Source: Chloroflexota bacterium (GTDB lineage Bacteria > Chloroflexota > Dehalococcoidia > UBA2979). Taken from it: a DNA stretch of 64,000 nucleotides. Below, piece by piece: positions 42,671-50,660 of the stretch; within the stretch, counting starts at the first letter, position 1; each line of letters begins with the position of its first letter. The translations under genes were made by a program, and so were the position numbers. The DNA lies in the NCBI GenBank assembly GCA_009839925.1, contig VXOS01000053.1, positions 2,447 through 66,446 on the forward strand. Direction: 5' to 3'. Below the pieces are notes generated by a model that was not told the DNA's origin, did no database searches, and worked only from the letters and a program-made list of their open reading frames with translations.

Positions 42671-44101
42671 ATGGCCGCGCTCGCAACCATGACCAACAAG
42701 CTGCGCACCGGCGCCGCGCTGATCGCCGGCGCGGCCGCCGCCGAGGCCTCGCGGCGCCTCGGGCGCGGCGGGGGGACGGCGTTGCCCGGCCTCGTCGCGG
42801 CGACGATCGCGCCGGACATCACGGCGCAGCTCGTGCGCCGCGCCGGTGCGGGCACGGTCGTGGTGACCGGCACCAACGGCAAGACCACCACCGCGCACCT
42901 GCTCGCCGAGTGCGCCCGCGCGGCAGGCAGCGAGGTGATCGCCAACCGCTCCGGCTCCAACCTCGAACGCGGCATCGTCTCCGCGTTCCTCGCGGATCGC
43001 GGCAACGGCGCCCGCGGGCGCCTCGGCGTGCTCGAGGTGGACGAGGCGGCGCTGCCGCCGCTGCTGCCCGCGCTCGCGCCGCGCGCGATCGTCTTCCTCA
43101 ACCTCTTCCGCGATCAGCTCGACCGCTACGGGGAGGTGGACTCCGTCGCCGAGGGCTGGGAGCGGATGCTGATCGCCGACGCCTCGGGCGCCACGCTGGT
43201 ACTCAACGCGGACGACCCCTCGATCGCGCCGCTGGGGGACGCCGCACGCGGGGAGGTGGTGACGTTCGGGATCGAGGATGACGGCATCGCCCGCGACGGC
43301 CCCGATCACGCCTCGGATGCGCGCTTCTGCCGCTGCGGCGCGCCCTTCCGCTACGACGCGATCTTCGTCGCGCACGCCGGCCGCTGGCGCTGCGATGCCT
43401 GTGGCCGCTCACGGCCCCGTCCTCTCGTCGCGGCGCACGAGATCGAGCAGTTCGAGGACGGCTCCCGCTTCGTGCTCGATCTCGCTGGGGAGCGCATCGA
43501 GGTTGAGTTGCCGCTGCAGGGCCTGTACCCGATCTACAACGCGCTTGGCGCGGCGGCGGCGGCGCACGCGCTCGGCCTCGTTGCCCCAGTCGTCGCCGGC
43601 GCGCTCGCGGGTGCGGGCCCGGCGTTCGGACGGCAGGAGCGCTTCCAGTTGCGCGGGCGCGAGCTGCGGCTCTGGCTGGCGAAGAACCCCGCGGGCATGA
43701 ACGCCGTGCTGCGCGCCCTCACGGCTGCCGGGACGGCTGCCGGAGAAGCACCACAACCGAGGCTGCAGATCCTCGCGGCGCTCAACGACGGCATCCAGGA
43801 CGGCCGCGACGTCTCCTGGATCTACGATGCCGACTTCGAGCTGCTCGCCGGCCACGCGGCGAGCGTCTGCGTCACCGGCGATCGCGCCGACGACCTGGCG
43901 CTGCGGCTGCGCCTCGCCGGGGTGCGGGTCGACCTCGTGCAGCCGCATCGCGCCTCGGCGCTCGACGAGGCGCTGCACCGGCTGCCGCCCGGGGAGCGTC
44001 TCGAGGTGATCACGACGTACACGGCGATGCTGCAACTGCGGGAGATCATCGCGGCCGGTAGCGGCGTCGCGCCGTACTGGGAGCGGGAGCGGCAGCGATG
44101 A
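42671..44101 (+). CDS. murT: Lipid II isoglutaminyl synthase subunit MurT (Mur ligase domain + DUF1727)
   Basis: VVVTGTNGKTTTAHLL Mur ligase P-loop, Cys4 ribbon CRCGAPFRYD...CDACGRS, and a DUF1727 C-terminus. Followed by gatD. Confidence 0.8.
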   Translation: MAALATMTNKLRTGAALIAGAAAAEASRRLGRGGGTALPGLVAATIAPDITAQLVRRAGAGTVVVTGTNGKTTTAHLLAECARAAGSEVIANRSGSNLERGIVSAFLADRGNGARGRLGVLEVDEAALPPLLPALAPRAIVFLNLFRDQLDRYGEVDSVAEGWERMLIADASGATLVLNADDPSIAPLGDAARGEVVTFGIEDDGIARDGPDHASDARFCRCGAPFRYDAIFVAHAGRWRCDACGRSRPRPLVAAHEIEQFEDGSRFVLDLAGERIEVELPLQGLYPIYNALGAAAAAHALGLVAPVVAGALAGAGPAFGRQERFQLRGRELRLWLAKNPAGMNAVLRALTAAGTAAGEAPQPRLQILAALNDGIQDGRDVSWIYDADFELLAGHAASVCVTGDRADDLALRLRLAGVRVDLVQPHRASALDEALHRLPPGERLEVITTYTAMLQLREIIAAGSGVAPYWERERQR

Positions 44102-44874
44102 GCGCAGCGGCGGACCGGCCCGCGATCCGCGTCGTCTGGCTCTATCCGGAGCTGATGAACGTCTACGCCGATCGCGGCAACGTGATCGCGCTCGAGGCGC
44201 GCTGCGCCGCGCTTGGCGTGGGCTGCGAGGTCACTCGCGTCGGGATCGGCGATCCGCTGCCGGAGGAGGCCGACCTCGTGCTGATCGGCGGCGGCCAGGA
44301 TCGCGAGCAGCGCCGCGCCGCGCCGGACCTCGCGCGCCACGCCGGCACGCTGCGCGCCTGGGTCGCCGAGGACGCCGCGATGCTCGCCGTCTGCGGCGGC
44401 TTCCAGCTCTTCGGCCGCTGGTACCGCACCGCCGAGGGCGAGGAACTGCCCGGCGTGGGCGTCTTCGACGTGACTACCGTCGCGCCGCCGCGCGACGAGG
44501 AGCGCTGCATCGGCGACGTGCTCGCGCGCTCCACCCTCGAGGGCATCGGCGAAGTCGTCGGCTTCGAGAACCACGGCGGCCGCTCCTACCTCGGACCGGG
44601 CGTGGAGCCGTTCGCGCATGTCGAGTTCGGCTACGGCAACAACGGCGCGGACGGGGCGGAGGGCGCGCGCGTGCGCGAGGCGATCGGCACCTACCTGCAC
44701 GGCTCGCTGCTGCCTCGCAACCCCGCGCTCACGGACCACCTGATCCGCGCGGCGCTGCGCCACCGCTACGGCGAGGAGCCGGAATTGCCGGAGGCGCCGG
44801 ACCCGTTCGCGGCCCGCGCGCACCGCACGGCCGCGGCCGTCGCTCGACGGCGCAGCCGCCGATCGGAGGCGTGA
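44098..44874 (+). CDS. gatD: Lipid II isoglutaminyl synthase glutaminase subunit GatD (CobQ/CobB-type amidotransferase)
   Basis: Catalytic Cys in AVCGGFQLFG and a His in the C-terminal YLHGSLLPRNP region. Start overlaps the murT stop. Confidence 0.8.
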   Translation: MSAAADRPAIRVVWLYPELMNVYADRGNVIALEARCAALGVGCEVTRVGIGDPLPEEADLVLIGGGQDREQRRAAPDLARHAGTLRAWVAEDAAMLAVCGGFQLFGRWYRTAEGEELPGVGVFDVTTVAPPRDEERCIGDVLARSTLEGIGEVVGFENHGGRSYLGPGVEPFAHVEFGYGNNGADGAEGARVREAIGTYLHGSLLPRNPALTDHLIRAALRHRYGEEPELPEAPDPFAARAHRTAAAVARRRSRRSEA

Positions 44875-44953
44875 CGGCCGGCCCGAGGTTTGACGCCCTG
44901 CGCATGCGCCCCCGATCCTGTGATCGGCGGGGGCTGCACGGAGGCGCGGCCCG

Positions 44954-45859
44954 TTGACTGCGACAGGTTCCAGGCTCTCGCGACGCAGGTTCCTCAGGCG
45001 CACCGTCCTCGGCGTCCTGCTCGGGGGCGCGCTGATCGTCGCCTGCTCTCGCTTCCGCCCGGACGACGAAGAGCCGCCCGAGGTCGTCGCCCACACGCCG
45101 ACGCCGACACCAACCCCCACCGAGCCGCCGACGCCGACCGCGACGCCTACGCCAACGCCGCGGCCGCTGCCGACGCGCAGATCCCGGCCGGCCACGCCGA
45201 CTCCGATCCCCGCTTCCGATCCCACACCTGTCACGCCGACGCCGTACCCCTCGACGCTTGATCCCGAGGACCTGCGCGGCTTCACCGTTCCGATCGAGGG
45301 AGGCTGCCTGCCGGATTCGGACCGGCTGATGCCGAACGCGCCGCGTGAGTACCGCAACGGCTTCCACGAGGGCGTCGACTGGTACAACGGACTCGCCTGC
45401 GCCGCCGTCTCCGAGGGCACCCCGGTGATGGCGATGTACCGCGGCATCGTGATCCGCGCCGACCTCGACTACGTCGAGATCACGATCGAGCAGATCAACG
45501 AGTTCGCGGAGCGCACCGCCGAGAAGGGCTACACCGAGGAGCCGATCCTCGACATCTACCGGGGGCGGCAGGTCTGGATCGACCACGGCAACGGCGTCGC
45601 CACCCGCTACTGCCACCTCAGCGTGATCGCCGAAGGCATCGAGGAAGGCGTCGAGGTCGAGCAGGGCCAGCTGATCGGCGGCGTCGGCGAATCCGGCACG
45701 CCGGAGGCGATCACGGCGCCGGGCACGGAGCTGCACCTCCACGCCGAGGTGCGCATCGGGGACTCGTTCCTCGGCGCCGGCCTGCCGCCCGAAGAAGTGC
45801 GTGCGCTCTACGTCAAGCTGTTCGGTCTTGGCGAGGACGAGTCCGCCTCGGGAGGCTGA
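44954..45859 (+). CDS. M23 family peptidase, Tat-signal lipoprotein with Pro/Thr-rich linker
   Basis: SRRRFLRRTVLG twin-arginine motif, LIVACS lipobox, a PTPTPTPT linker, and the M23 core (HEGVDW...HGNGVATRYCHL...ELHLHAEV). TTG start. Confidence 0.75.
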   Translation: MTATGSRLSRRRFLRRTVLGVLLGGALIVACSRFRPDDEEPPEVVAHTPTPTPTPTEPPTPTATPTPTPRPLPTRRSRPATPTPIPASDPTPVTPTPYPSTLDPEDLRGFTVPIEGGCLPDSDRLMPNAPREYRNGFHEGVDWYNGLACAAVSEGTPVMAMYRGIVIRADLDYVEITIEQINEFAERTAEKGYTEEPILDIYRGRQVWIDHGNGVATRYCHLSVIAEGIEEGVEVEQGQLIGGVGESGTPEAITAPGTELHLHAEVRIGDSFLGAGLPPEEVRALYVKLFGLGEDESASGG

Positions 45860-45916
45860 CGAGGCCGCCGCGCCGTACACTGCCGCTAGCGCACGAGCTC
45901 ATGCGAAGGGGGCGCG

Positions 45917-46783
45917 GTGCCGATCCTCTCGATCGAGATCCCGTGGGATCCGAACATCACGCAGATCGGCGGCCTGCTGCTGACCTGGCACGGGCTGTTC
46001 ACCGCGATCGGCATCTTCGCCGGCGTGCGGCTCTCCCTGACCCTCGCGAAGGTGGTCGACTACGACTATGACGACGCCTACACGCTCGCCCTCGTGGGCG
46101 TGCCGAGCGGGATCGTCGGCGCCCGCCTGCTCTTCGTCTTCGAGCACTGGGATTCGTTCAGCGGCGATCCGGTGGCGATCCTGCGCATCACCGAGGGCGG
46201 CATCTCGATCTGGGGCGCGATCCTCGGCGGCGTGATCGGCGGGCTGGCCTTCGGGCTCTGGAAGGGCTACCCGGTCGCCCGAGGACTGGACCTCGCCAGC
46301 TTCGGCATCATCCTTGGCCAGGCGATCGGCCGGCTCGGCGATCTCGTGAACGGCGAGCACCTGGCGAAAGCGAGCGAGCTGCCCTGGGCCGTCTTCTACA
46401 CCCACGAGGACTCGCCCGCGTTTGTGCACTCGCTGCTCGTCGGTCCGCACCATCCCGCGACGACCTACGAACTGATCGGCGACCTCGTGATCCTCGGGGC
46501 GCTGTTCGTGCTGATGTTCGGCGTGCTCTGGCGGAAGCCGGGGCTGACCTTCTTTGCCTACCTGATCGGCTACGCGGTGATGCGCTTCTTCCTCACCTAC
46601 CTGCGCATCGACTCCAGTGAGACGGTGCTGCTCGATCTGCGCGTCCCGCAGCTCGTCTCCCTGCTCACGGTGCTCGCTTCGCTGCCCGCGATCTGGTACT
46701 TCGCGACACGCGAGCCGTTCGAGGAGCCCGCTCCGCTCCAGCGCCTCCCGCTGCTGGGTCGCCTGCTCGGCGCGGAGCGGTGA
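45917..46783 (+). CDS. lgt: Prolipoprotein diacylglyceryl transferase
   Basis: LTWHGLFTAIGIF and the GxxxxGARLxxV signature (SGIVGARLLFVFEHW). GTG start. Confidence 0.85.
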   Translation: MPILSIEIPWDPNITQIGGLLLTWHGLFTAIGIFAGVRLSLTLAKVVDYDYDDAYTLALVGVPSGIVGARLLFVFEHWDSFSGDPVAILRITEGGISIWGAILGGVIGGLAFGLWKGYPVARGLDLASFGIILGQAIGRLGDLVNGEHLAKASELPWAVFYTHEDSPAFVHSLLVGPHHPATTYELIGDLVILGALFVLMFGVLWRKPGLTFFAYLIGYAVMRFFLTYLRIDSSETVLLDLRVPQLVSLLTVLASLPAIWYFATREPFEEPAPLQRLPLLGRLLGAER

Positions 46784-47052
46784 CGGAGGTCGTCCTCTTC
46801 AGCCGCGAGGGCTGCAGTCCCTGCGTCCACGCCGGTGACGCCCTGCGCCGTCTCGGCCGCGAGTTCGCCTTCGAACTGCGCGAGCGGGATGTCGACGCCG
46901 ACCCGGCGCTCGCCGCCCGCTACGGCGATCGAGTGCCGGTGATCGCGGTCGAAGGCCGCGAGGTCAGCGAGGGCCGGATCGACACCGGTGCGGTGCGGCG
47001 CGCCCTTGCCGAGGCAGGGCGCGCTGTTGACAGCAACAGCGGTCGTTCATAG
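46780..47052 (+). CDS. Glutaredoxin-like protein (DUF836/YruB family)
   Basis: CSPC redox motif in VVLFSREGCSPCVHAGDAL. GTG start overlaps the lgt stop. Confidence 0.55.
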   Translation: MTEVVLFSREGCSPCVHAGDALRRLGREFAFELRERDVDADPALAARYGDRVPVIAVEGREVSEGRIDTGAVRRALAEAGRAVDSNSGRS

Positions 47053-47272
47053 CCTCGATTCACGCAGCGCGCCCGCGTTGCGTGACATGGGCGTAGAGGC
47101 AGGAACGCGGAACGACACGATGAGCGAACGACAGCTCCCGCTCCTCGCAGCCGCCGCCGTGCAGCGCCCCGATCGGGGCCACATGGTGATGCGCTAGCCC
47201 GCCCGCCCCGCGAGAGCCGGGGCTAGCGGGCAGCCTTGCATCACCCCGAACCGAGCCCGGAGCATTCCCGCC

Positions 47273-48532
47273 ATGTCCTTTGAACGTTCACTGCGCTGCC
47301 GCGAGTGCGCGCGCGAGTTCCCGCTCGCCGCGGCCTTCTTCTGCGAGTTCTGTTTCGGCCCGCTCGAGGTCGCCTACGACTACGACGCCATCGCCGCCTC
47401 GATCTCCCGCGAGTCAATCGCGGCCGGGCCGGCCACGCTCTGGCGCTACGCCGATCTGCTGCCCGGCGATCCCGAGTACCGCGTGGACCTCGGGGCCGGC
47501 TTCACCCCGCTGCTGCGCGCCGACAACCTGGCGGCGGCGCTCGGCCTCGATCGCCTCTGGATCAAGAACGACACGGTCAACCCGACGTGGTCGTTCAAGG
47601 ATCGCGTGGTCGCCGTCGCGATCGCCAAGGCGCGCGAGTTCGGCTACACCGGCATCGCCTGCGCCAGCACGGGCAACCTCGCGAACTCCGTCGCCGCGCA
47701 CGGCGCCCGCGCCGGCATGGAGACGATCGTCTTCATCCCGCACGACCTCGAGGAAGGCAAGGTCGTCGGCAGCGGCATCTACGACCCGACGCTCGTGATG
47801 GTCGAGGGCTCCTACGACGACGTGAACCGGCTCTGCACGGAGGTCGCGCAGTCCAAGCCGTGGGCCTTCGTCAACATCAACGTGCGGCCCTACTACGCCG
47901 AGGGCTCGCGCACGCTCGGCTTCGAGGTCGCCGAGCAACTCGGCTGGCGCACGCCGGACCACTGCGTGGTGCCGATGGCCTCGGGTTCGCTCTTCACGAA
48001 GATCTGGAAGGGCTTCAACGAGCTGCACGAGGTCGGGCTGATCGACGAGCCGCGCACCCGCATGTCGGGCGCGCAGGCGGCCGGTTGCTCGCCGATCGCA
48101 ACCGCCTTCGAGGAGGGCACGCTGAACTTCCGGCCGCAGAAGCCGGACACGATCGCGCGCTCGATCGCCATCGGCAACCCGGCGGACGGCTACTATGCGC
48201 TCAAGACGCTGGAGGAGACGAACGGCGTCGCGGCAATGGCGACGGACGCGGAGATCGTCGAGGGCATGAAGCTGCTGGCCGAGACCGAAGGCATCTTCGC
48301 GGAGACGGCGGGCGGCACCACCATCGCCTGCCTCAAGCACATGGTGGAGCGCGGCCAGATCGCCCCCGGCGAGGAGACCGTCGCCTTCATCACCGGCGGC
48401 GGCCTCAAGACCACCGAGGCGCTGCAGGGCGGGCTCGCCAGCCCGCTGCATGTGCCCGCCCGTGGCGACGCGTTCATCGAGGCCTACGAGGCGCGGCTGG
48501 CGCCCGCCGCGACCACGGCAGGAGGCGCATGA
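47273..48532 (+). CDS. thrC: Threonine synthase-like PLP enzyme (ThrC family; possibly a MetM-type O-phosphohomoserine sulfhydrylase given its neighbours)
   Basis: N-terminal Cys-rich ribbon (CRECAREF...CEFC), PLP lysine motif SFKDRVVAV, and a full ThrC fold. Immediately followed by a NIL/ACT-like protein and a CysO-like sulfur carrier. Confidence 0.8.
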   Translation: MSFERSLRCRECAREFPLAAAFFCEFCFGPLEVAYDYDAIAASISRESIAAGPATLWRYADLLPGDPEYRVDLGAGFTPLLRADNLAAALGLDRLWIKNDTVNPTWSFKDRVVAVAIAKAREFGYTGIACASTGNLANSVAAHGARAGMETIVFIPHDLEEGKVVGSGIYDPTLVMVEGSYDDVNRLCTEVAQSKPWAFVNINVRPYYAEGSRTLGFEVAEQLGWRTPDHCVVPMASGSLFTKIWKGFNELHEVGLIDEPRTRMSGAQAAGCSPIATAFEEGTLNFRPQKPDTIARSIAIGNPADGYYALKTLEETNGVAAMATDAEIVEGMKLLAETEGIFAETAGGTTIACLKHMVERGQIAPGEETVAFITGGGLKTTEALQGGLASPLHVPARGDAFIEAYEARLAPAATTAGGA

Positions 48533-48777
48533 TGGCGAGCAGACCGGTCCGCTTTACGTTCTCGCCCGAGCTGATCCAGGAACCCCTGATCTACCTGCTC
48601 GGCCATGAGTTCAAGGTCATCACCAACATCCGCATGGCCGACGTCGACGCGCGCGTCGGCTGGGTCGTGCTCGAGCTCGAGGGCGAGCCCGACGAGATCG
48701 ATCGCGCCATCGCCTGGGCCGAGTCGAAGGGCGTGCGCGTGGACCAGGCGACCCTCGGCGACGTCGTCGAGGGCTAG
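48529..48777 (+). CDS. Small NIL/ACT-like domain protein translationally coupled to the thrC-like gene
   Basis: 82 aa; ATGA overlap with the thrC stop. Sequence ...LIYLLGHEFKVITNIRMADVDARVGWVVLELEG... follows a ferredoxin-like beta-alpha-beta pattern reminiscent of NIL/ACT domains. Confidence 0.45.
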   Translation: MMASRPVRFTFSPELIQEPLIYLLGHEFKVITNIRMADVDARVGWVVLELEGEPDEIDRAIAWAESKGVRVDQATLGDVVEG

Positions 48778-48829
48778 CGAGCCGCAATCCGCCCGGCGAG
48801 CCGGGCCCAATAGCGAGAGGACCGCTGCG

Positions 48830-49105
48830 ATGGCAGTGAACGTGCGAATCCCAGCCCCGCTCCGCACCCTGACCGGCGACCAGGAGCTCGTGAGCGCCGA
48901 CGGCGCGACGCTGGCCGACGTGGTCGAGCAGCTCGAGGCGTCGTATCCCGGCATGCGCGAGCGGCTCTGCGAGGACGACGGCGAGCTGCGCCGCTTCGTC
49001 AACGTCTTCGTCAACGGCGAGGACGTGCGCTTCCTCTCCGGCCTCGCCAGCGAGCTGTCCGAGGGCGACGAGGTCTCGATCGTTCCGGCGGTCGCCGGAG
49101 GCTAA
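48830..49105 (+). CDS. MoaD/ThiS-family sulfur carrier protein, CysO-like (C-terminal GG)
   Basis: MAVNVRIPAPLRTLTGDQ...RFVNVFVNGEDVRFLSGLASELSEGDEVSIVPAVAGG* follows the mycobacterial CysO pattern. Confidence 0.75.
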   Translation: MAVNVRIPAPLRTLTGDQELVSADGATLADVVEQLEASYPGMRERLCEDDGELRRFVNVFVNGEDVRFLSGLASELSEGDEVSIVPAVAGG

Positions 49106-49146
49106 CCGCCCGCTCGCTGCACGGGGGGTGAGGATAAGAGGCCGCG

Positions 49147-50319
49147 ATGACCGGTTCGACGATCACGGACCTTCGCTACTACCTGGTCCACCCCACGCCG
49201 CCCGAGACCGGGCAGCCTGATCGCTACACGGCGGGCAAGAACCTCTGCTTCGTGCGCCTCGAGACCGCCGACGGCCTGCACGGCTGGGGCGAGTGCTACA
49301 CGCAGTCCGATCGCGACATCCAGATCACCGCGCACCTCGAGGCGCTGCGGCGCTACATCGAGGGTTGGGACGCCGCGCGCATCAAGCCCTGGACCGACGC
49401 GATCTACAACGACTTCGGCAACCGGCGCGGCGCGATGGATCTCTACTCTGCGATCTCCGGCGTCGAGCAGGCGATGTGGGACCTCGCGGGCAAGCGCGCC
49501 GGCATGCCCGTGCACCAGTTGCTCGGCGGCGCGGTCCGCGACCGGCTGCGCGTTTACGCCAACGGCTGGGCGCGCATGGACGACCTCGATGACCTGCAGG
49601 CCCGGGCGCGCGCGATGGCCGATCGCGGCTTTACCGGGCTGAAGTTCGACCCGGTGCCGGGCAAGTGGCGCAGCTACGTGGGCATGCCGGAACTGCGCAC
49701 CGCCGCCGATCGCGTCCGCGCGGTGCGTGAGGCGGTCGGTCCCGACGTCGACATCCTCGTCGAGGTCCACCGGCGGCTGAGCCCCTCGAACGCCGTGCGG
49801 CTGGCGAAGCTGGTCGAGGAGTACGAGCCGTACTGGTTCGAGGAGCCGGTCTGGGCGGAGAACATCACCGCCCTCGCCGCCGCCACGGCGCAGATCAACA
49901 TCCCCACGGTCACGGGCGAGGAGCTCTACACCAAGTTCGAGTTCCGGGAGGCCTTCGAACAGCGCGCCGCCGACATCATCAACCCGGACGTGGCGAACGT
50001 CGGCGGCATCAAGGAGCTGACGGAAATCGCGGCGATGGCCGAGGCCTACTTCGTCGCCGTCAGCCCGCACAACTACAACTCGACGACGGTAGCGCTGGCC
50101 TCGACACTGCAGGCCGCGGCGACGATGCCCAACTTCATCATCACCGAGTACTTCGTGAACTTCGAGCCGTGGGGCCGGGAAGCCGCGACGCCGGCTTTCG
50201 AGGTCGAGGACAGCCACATCGCCCTCCCCACCGCGCCGGGCCTCGGCATCGACCTCGACGAGGAGGTGCTGAAGGCGCATCCGGCGCGGGAGTTCCCCGT
50301 GCGCACGATCGGCGACTGA
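49147..50319 (+). CDS. Enolase-superfamily enzyme (mandelate racemase / muconate lactonizing enzyme family; galactonate dehydratase-like)
   Basis: N-terminal capping domain plus a TIM-barrel metal-ligand region (FDPVPG...VEVHRRL...FEEPV). Confidence 0.75.
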   Translation: MTGSTITDLRYYLVHPTPPETGQPDRYTAGKNLCFVRLETADGLHGWGECYTQSDRDIQITAHLEALRRYIEGWDAARIKPWTDAIYNDFGNRRGAMDLYSAISGVEQAMWDLAGKRAGMPVHQLLGGAVRDRLRVYANGWARMDDLDDLQARARAMADRGFTGLKFDPVPGKWRSYVGMPELRTAADRVRAVREAVGPDVDILVEVHRRLSPSNAVRLAKLVEEYEPYWFEEPVWAENITALAAATAQINIPTVTGEELYTKFEFREAFEQRAADIINPDVANVGGIKELTEIAAMAEAYFVAVSPHNYNSTTVALASTLQAAATMPNFIITEYFVNFEPWGREAATPAFEVEDSHIALPTAPGLGIDLDEEVLKAHPAREFPVRTIGD

Positions 50320-50342
50320 CTGTTTCCGGCAGCCTGATCCGG

Positions 50343-50480
50343 CTCCCTCTCCCTGGGGAGAGGGCGGGGGTGAGGGGGAGGACTCCCGCGCGCCTCCGAA
50401 CGCCCCGTGGCGCAGGGCAATCCCGGACGCCGGACCCTCCCTCACCCTGACCCCCTCCCCCGGGGAGAGGGGACCGGGAG
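50343..50480. repeat. Nested GC-rich inverted repeats (ccctctccc-tgg-ggagaggg palindromes inside a ~38-nt imperfect inverted repeat with ~55-nt spacer); MITE/REP-like or structured RNA
   Basis: Read directly. Arm 1 is ccctctccctggggagagggcgggggtgagggggagg; arm 2 is ccctccctcaccctgaccccctcccccggggagagggg. The reverse complement of arm 2 matches arm 1 with a few mismatches. Confidence 0.5.
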
Positions 50481-50660
50481 GGATGCGCTCGCTGCCCTGA
50501 GGAGAGGGTTCGCAACGGCCTCCCCTGGATTCCGGCTTTCGCCGGAATGACGGTTGTGCAAAGGTTCCCGAGGGGAGGGTTGGGGTGAAGGCCTGAGCCC
50601 CGCCCCGGCCCCGGTCCGCGAACCCGGACTGGGAACGATCGATGCGGACGGAGCTGGCCA

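Noticed and set aside
47053-47272. SAM riboswitch or Thr-codon leader-peptide attenuator upstream of thrC-like gene
   Set aside because: No SAM-I/II/IV consensus segments and no Thr/Ile-rich small ORF were recognisable. Only a generic hairpin is reported, as a finding.
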